This document shows positions 56,324-64,000 of a stretch of 64,000 nt of DNA, one piece after another; the stretch's first letter is position 1; every line of letters begins with the position of its first letter. The position numbers and the translations under genes were made by a program. Below the pieces are notes generated by a model. The model did not search any database and was not told the origin of the DNA. It saw only the letters and a list, made by a program, of their open reading frames with translations. Source of the DNA: Candidatus Velthaea sp. (lineage in GTDB: Bacteria > Vulcanimicrobiota > Vulcanimicrobiia > Vulcanimicrobiales > Vulcanimicrobiaceae); the NCBI GenBank assembly GCA_050012475.1, contig JBEKHC010000004.1, forward strand, positions 1 through 64,000, in the 5' to 3' direction.

Positions 56324-56420
56324 ATGATTCTCCTTTGCCCTCTATAACGCACGTCCGCGCCGCGCAGTGTCAAACCGCGTGACGCACGAGCGCACGTTTT
56401 GTTCCGTCGCGTCCGCGGAG

Positions 56421-56888
56421 TTAGCGCTCCCCGTGCAGGTTGAGCGCGACCAAACCCGCGGACGGGCCGCGCAAGGCGACGGGCGGCGAAAGAACTTCGG
56501 CCACGACGAACGCCGCAACGAGTGCCTGCGGACCGGAAAACAAGGCGGTGATGCGGCCCGCTTCGGGCGCTTGAAATGCCGCTGCCGCCGGCCGCCGCGA
56601 CGCGGCGGGCCCGCCGGGACCGCTCGCGGCCGGTGGTAGCGGTGCAGGGGGCGGCGGTGCGGGGGCCCGCGGCGGTGCGGGCACCGGCGCAGCGGCCGCG
56701 CGCGCCGCGCCGCCCGGCTCCCGCGGTGGCGGCACGTTCGGCGGCGCGACGCGTTCGGTGAGTGCGTCACGCAACGCGCGGCCCAGCTGGCCGGACGGAC
56801 TGCGCACAGCCGCGGGATTTTCCGCGGACCCCTTGCGGTTGCTCAGCGCGTCGAAGATCGCGGCGATGAACGCCATCAGATCGTCCAT
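56421..56888 (-). CDS. Pro-rich hypothetical protein
   Basis: Follows floA; C-terminal AFVVAEVLSPPVALR. Confidence 0.7.
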   Translation of the reverse strand: MDDLMAFIAAIFDALSNRKGSAENPAAVRSPSGQLGRALRDALTERVAPPNVPPPREPGGAARAAAAPVPAPPRAPAPPPPAPLPPAASGPGGPAASRRPAAAAFQAPEAGRITALFSGPQALVAAFVVAEVLSPPVALRGPSAGLVALNLHGER

Positions 56889-56891
56889 CGG

Positions 56892-57860
56892 TCAGCGTTG
56901 CGGCGGCGGCTGCTGCGTGGGATCGGGCGGCGTGATGCCGGTGCCGATCGCGCCGCGCATTTCGGTATCAGCTTTGATGTTGTTGAGCTTGTAGTAATCC
57001 ATGACGCCCAGGTTGCCGCTGCGAAACGCCTCGGCGATCGCCTGCGGAATGCTGGCCTCCGCCTCGACGACTTTGGCCCGCATCCGCTGCGTTTCGGCCT
57101 TTTGTTCCTGCTCGGCGGCCTGCGCAGCATATTGGCGTTCGGCGGCCTTGGCTTGGGCGATGCGGCGGTCGGCTTCAGCTTGGGAGGTTTGGAGTTCGGC
57201 GCCGATATTTTTGCCGACGTCGACGTCGGCGATATCGATCGACACGATCTCGAACGCCGTCCCGGCATCGAGTCCCTTCGAGAGCACGGCTTTCGAGATG
57301 CGGTCCGGGTACTCGAGCACTTCTTTGTGATCGACCGCCGCACCGACCGCGGAAACGACGCCTTCACCGACCCGCGCGACGATCGTCGGTTCGCCCGCGC
57401 CGCCCACATAGCGTTCGAGGTTGGAGCGCACGGTGATACGCGCTTTGACGTTGAGCTGAATGCCGTTCTGCGCGACGCCTTGAAAGATCGGTGTTTCGAT
57501 CACCCGCGGGTTGACCGACGTCTGCAGCGCTTCGAGCACGTTGCGGCCGGCGAGATCGATCGCGGCAGCGCGCTGCCACTCCAGCGGAATCTGGGCGCGC
57601 TGCGCGGCGATCATGGCCAGCGTTACGTTCTCGACGTTGCCGCCGGCAAGGATGTGCGATTGCAGCTGGTCGACCGTAATCTCCAGCCCCGCTTTGCGCG
57701 AGCGCACCAGGTTCGAAACGATGACGCCCGCCGGAACGCCGATGAGCCGCATGCGGATGAGCGAGCCGATCGACAGCGGAACGCCCGCGGCGATCGTTCG
57801 GATCCACAGTCCAAGCGGAAAATAATAGAGAAACAGCCCCGCGCCCAGGACGAGGGCCAA
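56892..57860 (-). CDS. floA: Flotillin-like protein FloA (start may be further upstream)
   Basis: [51 protein letters not shown]. Confidence 0.95.
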   Translation of the reverse strand: MALVLGAGLFLYYFPLGLWIRTIAAGVPLSIGSLIRMRLIGVPAGVIVSNLVRSRKAGLEITVDQLQSHILAGGNVENVTLAMIAAQRAQIPLEWQRAAAIDLAGRNVLEALQTSVNPRVIETPIFQGVAQNGIQLNVKARITVRSNLERYVGGAGEPTIVARVGEGVVSAVGAAVDHKEVLEYPDRISKAVLSKGLDAGTAFEIVSIDIADVDVGKNIGAELQTSQAEADRRIAQAKAAERQYAAQAAEQEQKAETQRMRAKVVEAEASIPQAIAEAFRSGNLGVMDYYKLNNIKADTEMRGAIGTGITPPDPTQQPPPQR

Positions 57861-57920
57861 AACGACGATGCTAAAGACGATGCCGGTAATGGGAACTCCG
57901 CTCGTAAGCAGCTGATGGGA

Positions 57921-59234
57921 TCAGGGGGTATTCGGGCAGACGAAGATGCGCGCCCCTTCCACCCGGGTAACGCGTACGGCGGTTCCGGCCGTCACGAACT
58001 CACCTTCGGTGAGAACGTCGACCCGTTGACCGTCGATGGTGGCCACGCCGGCCGGACGCAGGTACGACGACGCAATGCCCGTGCGCCCGAGCAAGGCACG
58101 ATGATCGGCGCTCGCTACGTAGTCCGGACCTTGCACGCCCGCGAACGCCAAGCGGGCGACGAACGCGTTCTGCGGATACACGCGCGCCGCCAGCGCGAAA
58201 AAGATTACGCTGAGAACGATCGCCGTCGAGATCGCTTGGGCCGCGACGAAAACGAAAGCAAAACCGAACGACAAGACGATCGACGCGGCCAGAGCCACGA
58301 GCCCGAGCGTTCCCGCCAGGCCGTGACCGGGCAGCACGTGCAGCTCGAAGAGGATGCCCAGTACGCCGAACAAACCCAGCGCGACAACGAACGCGTTGGA
58401 GAACCCAGCGTAGACATGGGTGCCGAAAAACAGCACGAGCGCCGCGATGCCGACCGTCCCGGCGACGCCGTGCAGCGTCTGCATCTCGATGAGCAAGCCC
58501 AGAAAGCCGATCGACAACAGCAGTCCGCTGACTTCGGGATTGGTGGCGAAGCGGGCCAGCTCTTCGCCCCAGCTATAGCTCGCGTGCTCGACGGTCGCTC
58601 CGCGCAAGCCGAAGCTGGTCAGCGCGTCGCCCATCGTCGGTTCGACGGCATCGACGAAGTGCGCGCGCGTCGCTTCGTCCGCCGTCAACGTGAGAATCGC
58701 GCCCGGCGCCTTGTACGGCGGCGCATCGAGCGTGGCATCGACCATCGCTCCGGCGATGCGCGGATCGCGATGCGCGCGCGCCGCGGTCGATTCGAATTCG
58801 CTGCGCAGCGCCGACACGGTTTTCACGGACTTGGGGATCGGCTCGGCGGCACCGATGCTCGAACCCGGTGCCATCGCGATTTTGGCCGCCGCGAGCGTGA
58901 CGAGCGCACTGGCGGACCACGCACGTTGCGAAACGTAGGCGTAGACCGGGATCGGCGAGCCGATGAGCGCGTCGCGCATTTCGGTCCCCGCCGAAACCAA
59001 ACCGCCGAAGCTGTTGACGTCCAACACGATCGCCCGCGCGTGCCCAATCGTGGCCTCGCGCACGGCGCGTTCGACCATGTGCGCCATGCCTTCGTCGATG
59101 GTTCCGGCGATCGGCACGACCTCGACGGACGCTGGGGGCGCGCTCCCGGCAGGGCTCGTCCGGGCAAACGCCGGCACGAGCCCGGCGAGCAGTCCCCACG
59201 CGAGCAGCGTGCCGAAAACCCAACGCCGGATCAC
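57921..59234 (-). CDS. nfeD: NfeD family membrane-bound serine protease
   Basis: NSFGG, AWSA.A, MAPGSSIGAAEP, TM block, LRPAG..IDG.RVDV. Confidence 0.92.
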   Translation of the reverse strand: MIRRWVFGTLLAWGLLAGLVPAFARTSPAGSAPPASVEVVPIAGTIDEGMAHMVERAVREATIGHARAIVLDVNSFGGLVSAGTEMRDALIGSPIPVYAYVSQRAWSASALVTLAAAKIAMAPGSSIGAAEPIPKSVKTVSALRSEFESTAARAHRDPRIAGAMVDATLDAPPYKAPGAILTLTADEATRAHFVDAVEPTMGDALTSFGLRGATVEHASYSWGEELARFATNPEVSGLLLSIGFLGLLIEMQTLHGVAGTVGIAALVLFFGTHVYAGFSNAFVVALGLFGVLGILFELHVLPGHGLAGTLGLVALAASIVLSFGFAFVFVAAQAISTAIVLSVIFFALAARVYPQNAFVARLAFAGVQGPDYVASADHRALLGRTGIASSYLRPAGVATIDGQRVDVLTEGEFVTAGTAVRVTRVEGARIFVCPNTP

Positions 59235-59265
59235 GCGCGTATGTACCGCGGCGCGGAGGCGAAGG

Positions 59266-59724
59266 TTACGAACCGGCGGCAGCCGGTTTGAGTTCCTCGG
59301 TGACGACCGCACGAACGATGTTGCCGTCTGCAGCGCCCTTGAGTTGGGGCATGACCAGCTTCATCACCGTACCGGCGTTCCGGCCGTCGGCTGGGATACC
59401 GGCGATGATCTCACGCACGATCGTGCGGATCTCGTCGGCCGACTTCTGCGCGGGTAAATAGCCGGCCAGAATATCACGCTCCGCCGTTTCTTTGGCGACG
59501 AGTTCGGCCCGGCCGGCCTTGCCATACTCGCCGATCGAATCGTTGCGCTGCTTGACTTGCTTTTGCACCACGGCGATCTGCTCGGCATCCGAAAGATCGT
59601 GCCCGGCCTCGACGCGGCGATACGTAAAGGCCGACAAGACCGAACGCAGCGTATCGAGCCGCACTTGATCGCGAGCCTTCATCGCGCTTTTGAGATCGGT
59701 CGAGATCTGGTCCTTGATGCTCAT
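59266..59724 (-). CDS. yqeY: GatB/YqeY domain protein
   Basis: DLKSAMKARD, KQVKQR.DSI..Y, YLP, G.ADG. Confidence 0.93.
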   Translation of the reverse strand: MSIKDQISTDLKSAMKARDQVRLDTLRSVLSAFTYRRVEAGHDLSDAEQIAVVQKQVKQRNDSIGEYGKAGRAELVAKETAERDILAGYLPAQKSADEIRTIVREIIAGIPADGRNAGTVMKLVMPQLKGAADGNIVRAVVTEELKPAAAGS

Positions 59725-59798
59725 GGATGCTATCACTTCTCTTTCGCGCGGGCGCTTGGCCTGGCGGATTGCGCGCCGCGCTATCAGGCGGGCAGCTG

Positions 59799-59828
59799 AA
59801 AAAAACGCTTCGCCGGCTGGGCGAAGCG
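59799..59828 (-). terminator. Rho-independent terminator after rpsU
   Basis: Minus strand CGCTTCGCC-cagcc-GGCGAAGCG-TTTTTTT. Confidence 0.8.
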
Positions 59829-59853
59829 CTCGAATCGTGCCTGGCGGCGAGCG

Positions 59854-60024
59854 TTAGGCTCGCCGCTTGCGGGCGGCGGCGGATTTTTTCTTCCGGCGGA
59901 CGCTTGGTTTCTCGTAGTGCTCGTGCTTCCGCGCTTCGGCCAAGACGCCGGCCTTTTGCGTCGCTTTCTTAAAACGCCGCAGTGCGCTCTCGATCGTCTC
60001 GCCCGGTGCAACTCGTACTTCCAC
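59854..60024 (-). CDS. rpsU: 30S ribosomal protein S21
   Basis: [22 protein letters not shown]. Confidence 0.97.
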   Translation of the reverse strand: MEVRVAPGETIESALRRFKKATQKAGVLAEARKHEHYEKPSVRRKKKSAAARKRRA

Positions 60025-60206
60025 GAACAACCCTCCCTTCGTCCGGCACCCGTGCGCCGTCAATGGCCCAGCGCCGAAAGCGCGGGCCCAACTCCGGACG
60101 TTACCACAGAACGCTCACCCTGGTCAACATACCCGCCCCTGGCAAGGTGGTCTTACCCCAGACGTTACGATGGCGTCCCGGTTCGCGACGCGGCGCTCGG
60201 CCGCGA

Positions 60207-60575
60207 TCAGCCCGGCGGCCAGTTCATCCGGCGGCCCGCGAGCACGTGCAGGTGGAGGTGGAAGACGGTCTGGCCGCCGTCGCGGCCCTCGTTGATCACG
60301 ACCCGATAGCCCCGTTCGCCGAAGCGCGAACCCAGATCGGAGGCCGCCGCGAGCAGCTGGGCGCAATCCGCGGGCTCGGCCCGCGCGACGAACTCGGTGA
60401 AGTTGGTGACGTGGAACGTCGGCACGACCAAAAGATGCGTCGGCGCTTTCGGATTGAGGTCGCGAAACGCCACGACGCGGTCGGTGCGCAAAACTTCGTC
60501 AGCTGGCAGCTCGCGCCGCACGATCTTACAGAACAGGCAGCGCGGGTCGTCGCCCGGATCGCCGCGGCCGGTCAA
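60207..60575 (-). CDS. HIT family hydrolase (copy 2)
   Basis: CLFCKI, AFRDLNP.APTH, GQTVFHLHLHVLAGR. Confidence 0.92.
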   Translation of the reverse strand: MTGRGDPGDDPRCLFCKIVRRELPADEVLRTDRVVAFRDLNPKAPTHLLVVPTFHVTNFTEFVARAEPADCAQLLAAASDLGSRFGERGYRVVINEGRDGGQTVFHLHLHVLAGRRMNWPPG

Positions 60576-60922
60576 CCCGGCGGCCAGCTCATCCGGCGTC
60601 CGGCCAGAACGTGCAGGTGGAGATGATAGATCTCTTGCCCCGCATCGGCACCGACGTTGGTGACGACCCGATACCCGCGTTCGCCGAATCGCGTGCCGAC
60701 TTCGGCGATCGCAGCTAGGAGCCGCGCCGACGCTTCGGCGTTCGCAAGCTGCGCGAAGTCGCTCAGATGCGCGACGTGGGTCGTCGGCACGACGATGACG
60801 TGCGTCGGAGCCACCGGGTTGAGATCGCGAAACGCGACGACGTGCTCGTCGCGCAACACCTCGTCGGCGGGAATTTCCTGGCGCACGATTTTGCAAAAGA
60901 TGCAGCTCGGATCGTACTTCAT
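60572..60922 (-). CDS. HIT family hydrolase (copy 1)
   Basis: CIFCKI, AFRDLNP.APTH, GQEIYHLHLHVLAGR. Confidence 0.93.
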   Translation of the reverse strand: MKYDPSCIFCKIVRQEIPADEVLRDEHVVAFRDLNPVAPTHVIVVPTTHVAHLSDFAQLANAEASARLLAAIAEVGTRFGERGYRVVTNVGADAGQEIYHLHLHVLAGRRMSWPPG

Positions 60923-62523
60923 TTCGCCGCCTCCGCCGGTTTGATGAGCTCGAAGTGGTAGCGCGTGTCGGGGCTGGGGACGAAGCCGGTGACCGACGTG
61001 CTCAGCGCGACCGGAACGACGGTGTGCACGAGCGGCACCGCCGGCACTTGATCGTGCACCATCGCGTTGGCTTGCATGTACACGGTTTTGCGTTTCGCTT
61101 CGTCGACCGTGCTTTGCCCGGCGAGCATGAGCGCGTGGAATTTCGGGTCGCGCCAGAACGAGTAGTTTTGCGCGGTGCCCTTGTGGGCCGAGTCCGCGTC
61201 GAGCAGCGGGTAGAGGAAATCATCGGGATCGCCGTTGTCGCCGCTCCAGCCGATGAGGCACATCTCGTGCTCGCCGTTGCGCACCTTACTGAGAAAGACG
61301 CCGAATTCATAAGGCTCGAGCGTGACGTTGATGCCCGCATCCTTGAGCTGCGCCTGCAGCGTCTCCGCGAGCCGCTGCGGCTCGGGCATGTACGGCCGCG
61401 GCGCCGTCGGATAGTACATGCTGGTCGAAAATCCGTTGGGCAAGCCGGCGGCTTTGAGCAACGCTTTCGCGCGCGCCACGTCGCGGACGTAGGGTTTGAC
61501 GGCCGGGTTTTCGCCCAGCATTCCCGGCGGCGTCCAGTTGCCGGCGACGACCGTTCCGGGCGCGTAGAGTCCCCTGGCGATCGCGGTCGAGTCGATCGCG
61601 TACGCAATGGCTTGCCGCACGGCAAGCTTGTCGAATGGCTTCTTCTCGATGTTGAGCGCGACGTACGCCAGATTATTGGACGGCTGATTGACGACGGCGA
61701 TGCCCTTTTGCTGGGCCAGCGTCTTGGCGTCGTCGGCGCGCGGATCGGTCAGCATCTGGATGTCGCCCTTTTCGATCGACAGCACCGACGTGGCTTGATC
61801 CGGGATGTCGCGGATCACGACGGTTTGAATCGTCGGCTTCGCGAGCGGACCGCTGTACGACGGATTCGCCGTGAGCGTGATGTGATCGTCGCGCACCCAT
61901 TCGCTCACGCTGTACGGCCCGCTGCCGACCGGTTTGAGCTCGAACGCTTTGGCGTCGGCTTTGATCGCGGCCGGCGAGCCGATCGCGAACGACGGCATCG
62001 CGATGTCGCGGAGAAACGGTCCGAACGGATGCGTGAGTTCGAGCACGACCGTCGTCGGCGAAGTCGCTTTGACGTCGCGAATGACGCCCGGGAAGCCGCC
62101 GAACATACTGGCATAGTACGAATACGCGAAGTTTCCCCGATTGGGATCGTTCGGCAGCCGCCAGCGGTCGAAATTGAACTTCACCGCGGCGGCATCGGCC
62201 GGCGTGCCGTCGGCAAACGTAGCACCCGAGCGCAAATCGAACGTCCACACCGTGCCCGCGGCGTTGGCGCTCCATTTGGTTGCGAGCGCCGGCACGACGT
62301 CAAACGATCCGGGTTTGAACGTAACTAAGTTTTCCATCGTCTCGGACGTCGTGTTGAGCGAGATGCCGTCGGTTTGGTGCGACGGATCGAGTCCGACGGC
62401 ATCTTTTACCCGGGCCATCACCAAGGGCGCGGCAGCCCCGGCGGTGGTGCTGCTGCCGCCGCAGCCCGCGAGCAGCGCAGCGAGAACCATTCCAGCCGCA
62501 AAACGCGCGGCGCATTCGATCAT
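60919..62523 (-). CDS. ABC transporter peptide-binding lipoprotein (DppA-like, family 5)
   Basis: Lipobox LAGC, PALATKW, PVGSGPY, VRQAIAYAID, RPYMP, GWSGDNGDPD. Confidence 0.93.
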   Translation of the reverse strand: MIECAARFAAGMVLAALLAGCGGSSTTAGAAAPLVMARVKDAVGLDPSHQTDGISLNTTSETMENLVTFKPGSFDVVPALATKWSANAAGTVWTFDLRSGATFADGTPADAAAVKFNFDRWRLPNDPNRGNFAYSYYASMFGGFPGVIRDVKATSPTTVVLELTHPFGPFLRDIAMPSFAIGSPAAIKADAKAFELKPVGSGPYSVSEWVRDDHITLTANPSYSGPLAKPTIQTVVIRDIPDQATSVLSIEKGDIQMLTDPRADDAKTLAQQKGIAVVNQPSNNLAYVALNIEKKPFDKLAVRQAIAYAIDSTAIARGLYAPGTVVAGNWTPPGMLGENPAVKPYVRDVARAKALLKAAGLPNGFSTSMYYPTAPRPYMPEPQRLAETLQAQLKDAGINVTLEPYEFGVFLSKVRNGEHEMCLIGWSGDNGDPDDFLYPLLDADSAHKGTAQNYSFWRDPKFHALMLAGQSTVDEAKRKTVYMQANAMVHDQVPAVPLVHTVVPVALSTSVTGFVPSPDTRYHFELIKPAEAAK

Positions 62524-62560
62524 GGGGTCTCCATACGCGCAGCACGCGCGACAGCCATTC

Positions 62561-64000
62561 TCAATGCGAGCGGATCGTGAAACTCCACGCGCGCTCCGCC
62601 CGGTTTCCGGCCGCGTCGGCGACCGAGACCCGGACGTTCACCGTGCCGTCGCCCAGCGGAACGGTCGGGCTATAGGTGATGAAGCCGGCCGTGCGATACG
62701 CGGAGGCCGTGACGTCGAGCCCGTTCACGTTGATCGACACCGTCGAAGGGTTGATCCCGATATTCGTCGGCGAGCTGAACGTCGCGAAGATGCTGGGCGC
62801 CGAGTTGTTCACCGTCTGGCCGGCCGGCGGCGCAAAGTCCGTAATCGTCGGCGGCGTCGTCGAGACGGCGATGAGCGCGGGCGCCTCGACGCGCGGGGCT
62901 TGCGTTCCGTTCACCTCGAGATGACCGTACACCGCGACTTGGCCGAAATTGACGTTGGGCGGAATCGTGTACTCGGCGCGGTAGACGCCCGGGCTGTCTT
63001 CGCGCAGCGGGACGCCTTCGACGTACGAGCCGATGTCGAAGGTCGCCTTGCCGCCCGGCGTGCCGTTCAATTTGACGTTGAACTTGTCGCCGGCGCGCAA
63101 CGCGTTGGTGGCGTCGACGGCGAACGCGGTGATGCCGGCGGCTCCGGCCGCCGGCTGCGGTGTCGTCGGCATCGCGCGCGAGATCATGATCTGGCGCTTC
63201 TCTCCGGTGTCGGGATTGGAGCGCACGACGAGCGTGTCGCCGACGAGCGCATCGCCGATGTTCGCGTTCGCGCCGTTGAGCGTGATCGTCGTATCGTGGT
63301 CCGGCGCGATCACGTGACCGTCGCGCAGCACCAAGGCCGACGGTGAAACGGCGGCGACCGTTCCGGTGCGCGAGGCGTAGCGGTCGATGAGCTGATCGAC
63401 CTTTCCGTCTTTGGCCACGTAAACACTCACCGCGTCGCCGGCGTGCACGTCGGCCAGCGTCGCATTCGAGGTCGTTTTCGCGACCGTATCCTGCAGCACG
63501 ATCTTGGCGTCGGAGTTGATCGCAATCGAGCGCACCGAGCCGCTGCGGGTCACGGTGATCGACTCCGGCGCCGAGTTGAGGTCGACGGCCGTGACCGTTC
63601 CGACGATTTGCGTTCCGCCGCCGCCGTCGGTTTGGGTCAGCGACGGCGTCCGCCCGATCAGCGACGACACGACGTCGACCCGCGCGGCCTTGGCATCGTA
63701 GCTCACCGCGGCGCCGAGCGAATCGGCGACGAATCGCAGCGGCACGTAGGTGGCGCCGTCGATTTCGACCGCCGGGCCATCCATGCGCACGGTCTGGTTG
63801 TCGATTCGCGCAATATCCGAACCCAGCCGCAACGCGATCGTCTTACGCGGCGCAGCCGCCGAGATGTTGTCGCCGTCGCGCGAGACCGTGATGCCCAGCG
63901 CGCCGTAGATGCGCACGATCGGCAGCAGCAGCCGGCCGTTGACCACGCGCGGAGCCGGGTCGGCGGCGATATCCTCGCCGTTGATCGCGATCGCGATGCT
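62561..64000 (-). CDS. Copper amine oxidase N-terminal (stalk) domain protein, 5' end outside window
   Basis: NGRLLLP, GATYVPLRFVADSLGA.V.YD; Ig-like C-terminus. Confidence 0.85.
   Translation of the reverse strand, partial: SIAIAINGEDIAADPAPRVVNGRLLLPIVRIYGALGITVSRDGDNISAAAPRKTIALRLGSDIARIDNQTVRMDGPAVEIDGATYVPLRFVADSLGAAVSYDAKAARVDVVSSLIGRTPSLTQTDGGGGTQIVGTVTAVDLNSAPESITVTRSGSVRSIAINSDAKIVLQDTVAKTTSNATLADVHAGDAVSVYVAKDGKVDQLIDRYASRTGTVAAVSPSALVLRDGHVIAPDHDTTITLNGANANIGDALVGDTLVVRSNPDTGEKRQIMISRAMPTTPQPAAGAAGITAFAVDATNALRAGDKFNVKLNGTPGGKATFDIGSYVEGVPLREDSPGVYRAEYTIPPNVNFGQVAVYGHLEVNGTQAPRVEAPALIAVSTTPPTITDFAPPAGQTVNNSAPSIFATFSSPTNIGINPSTVSINVNGLDVTASAYRTAGFITYSPTVPLGDGTVNVRVSVADAAGNRAERAWSFTIRSH

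Noticed and set aside
56898..59291. 797-aa plus-strand ORF and other long antisense ORFs
   Set aside because: Shadow ORFs opposite floA/nfeD and other real genes, typical of high-GC codon bias

Overview
GC-rich bacterial chromosomal window. The Firmicutes-like gene order and a GAAC-N4-GTTC SOS box suggest a Terrabacteria lineage such as Eremiobacterota, but this is inference. The window has three parts. (1) 1-22.1 kb: a small accessory stretch (Crp regulator, 2-hydroxyacid dehydrogenase, frameshifted SDR), then a minus-strand core run valS-(hyp)-pyrR-pyrB-pyrC-carA-(BatD-like)-moxR-DUF58-VWA-pdxH, yqeG, and a split class II ribonucleotide reductase (nrdJa/nrdJb). NrdJa carries a 482-aa HNH intein ending in Pro-Gln at the catalytic Cys, and its promoter has tandem NrdR boxes plus a LexA box. 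(2) About 22.1-48.6 kb: a mosaic island of decayed Tn3-family and TniA-type transposons, with two resolvases, res sites, many 38-bp IRs and a MITE-like unit. Its cargo includes two serine hydrolases bracketed by hybrid serine-recombinase crossover sites, three DUF899 paralogues with an SDR and two SnoaL-tailed ECF sigma factors, ArsR and TetR modules and a tannase-family hydrolase. (3) 48.6-64 kb: the conserved core cluster HIT(x2)-rpsU-yqeY-nfeD-floA-phoH-ybeY-dgkA-CBS-cdd-recO-ruvX-mltG, in which phoH and recO appear to start at CTG. The best candidate for an undescribed system is the 3.1-kb two-gene cassette apparently integrated into a resolvase res site I. No tRNA, rRNA or CRISPR array was recognised. 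All calls come from reading motifs by eye; no searches were run.
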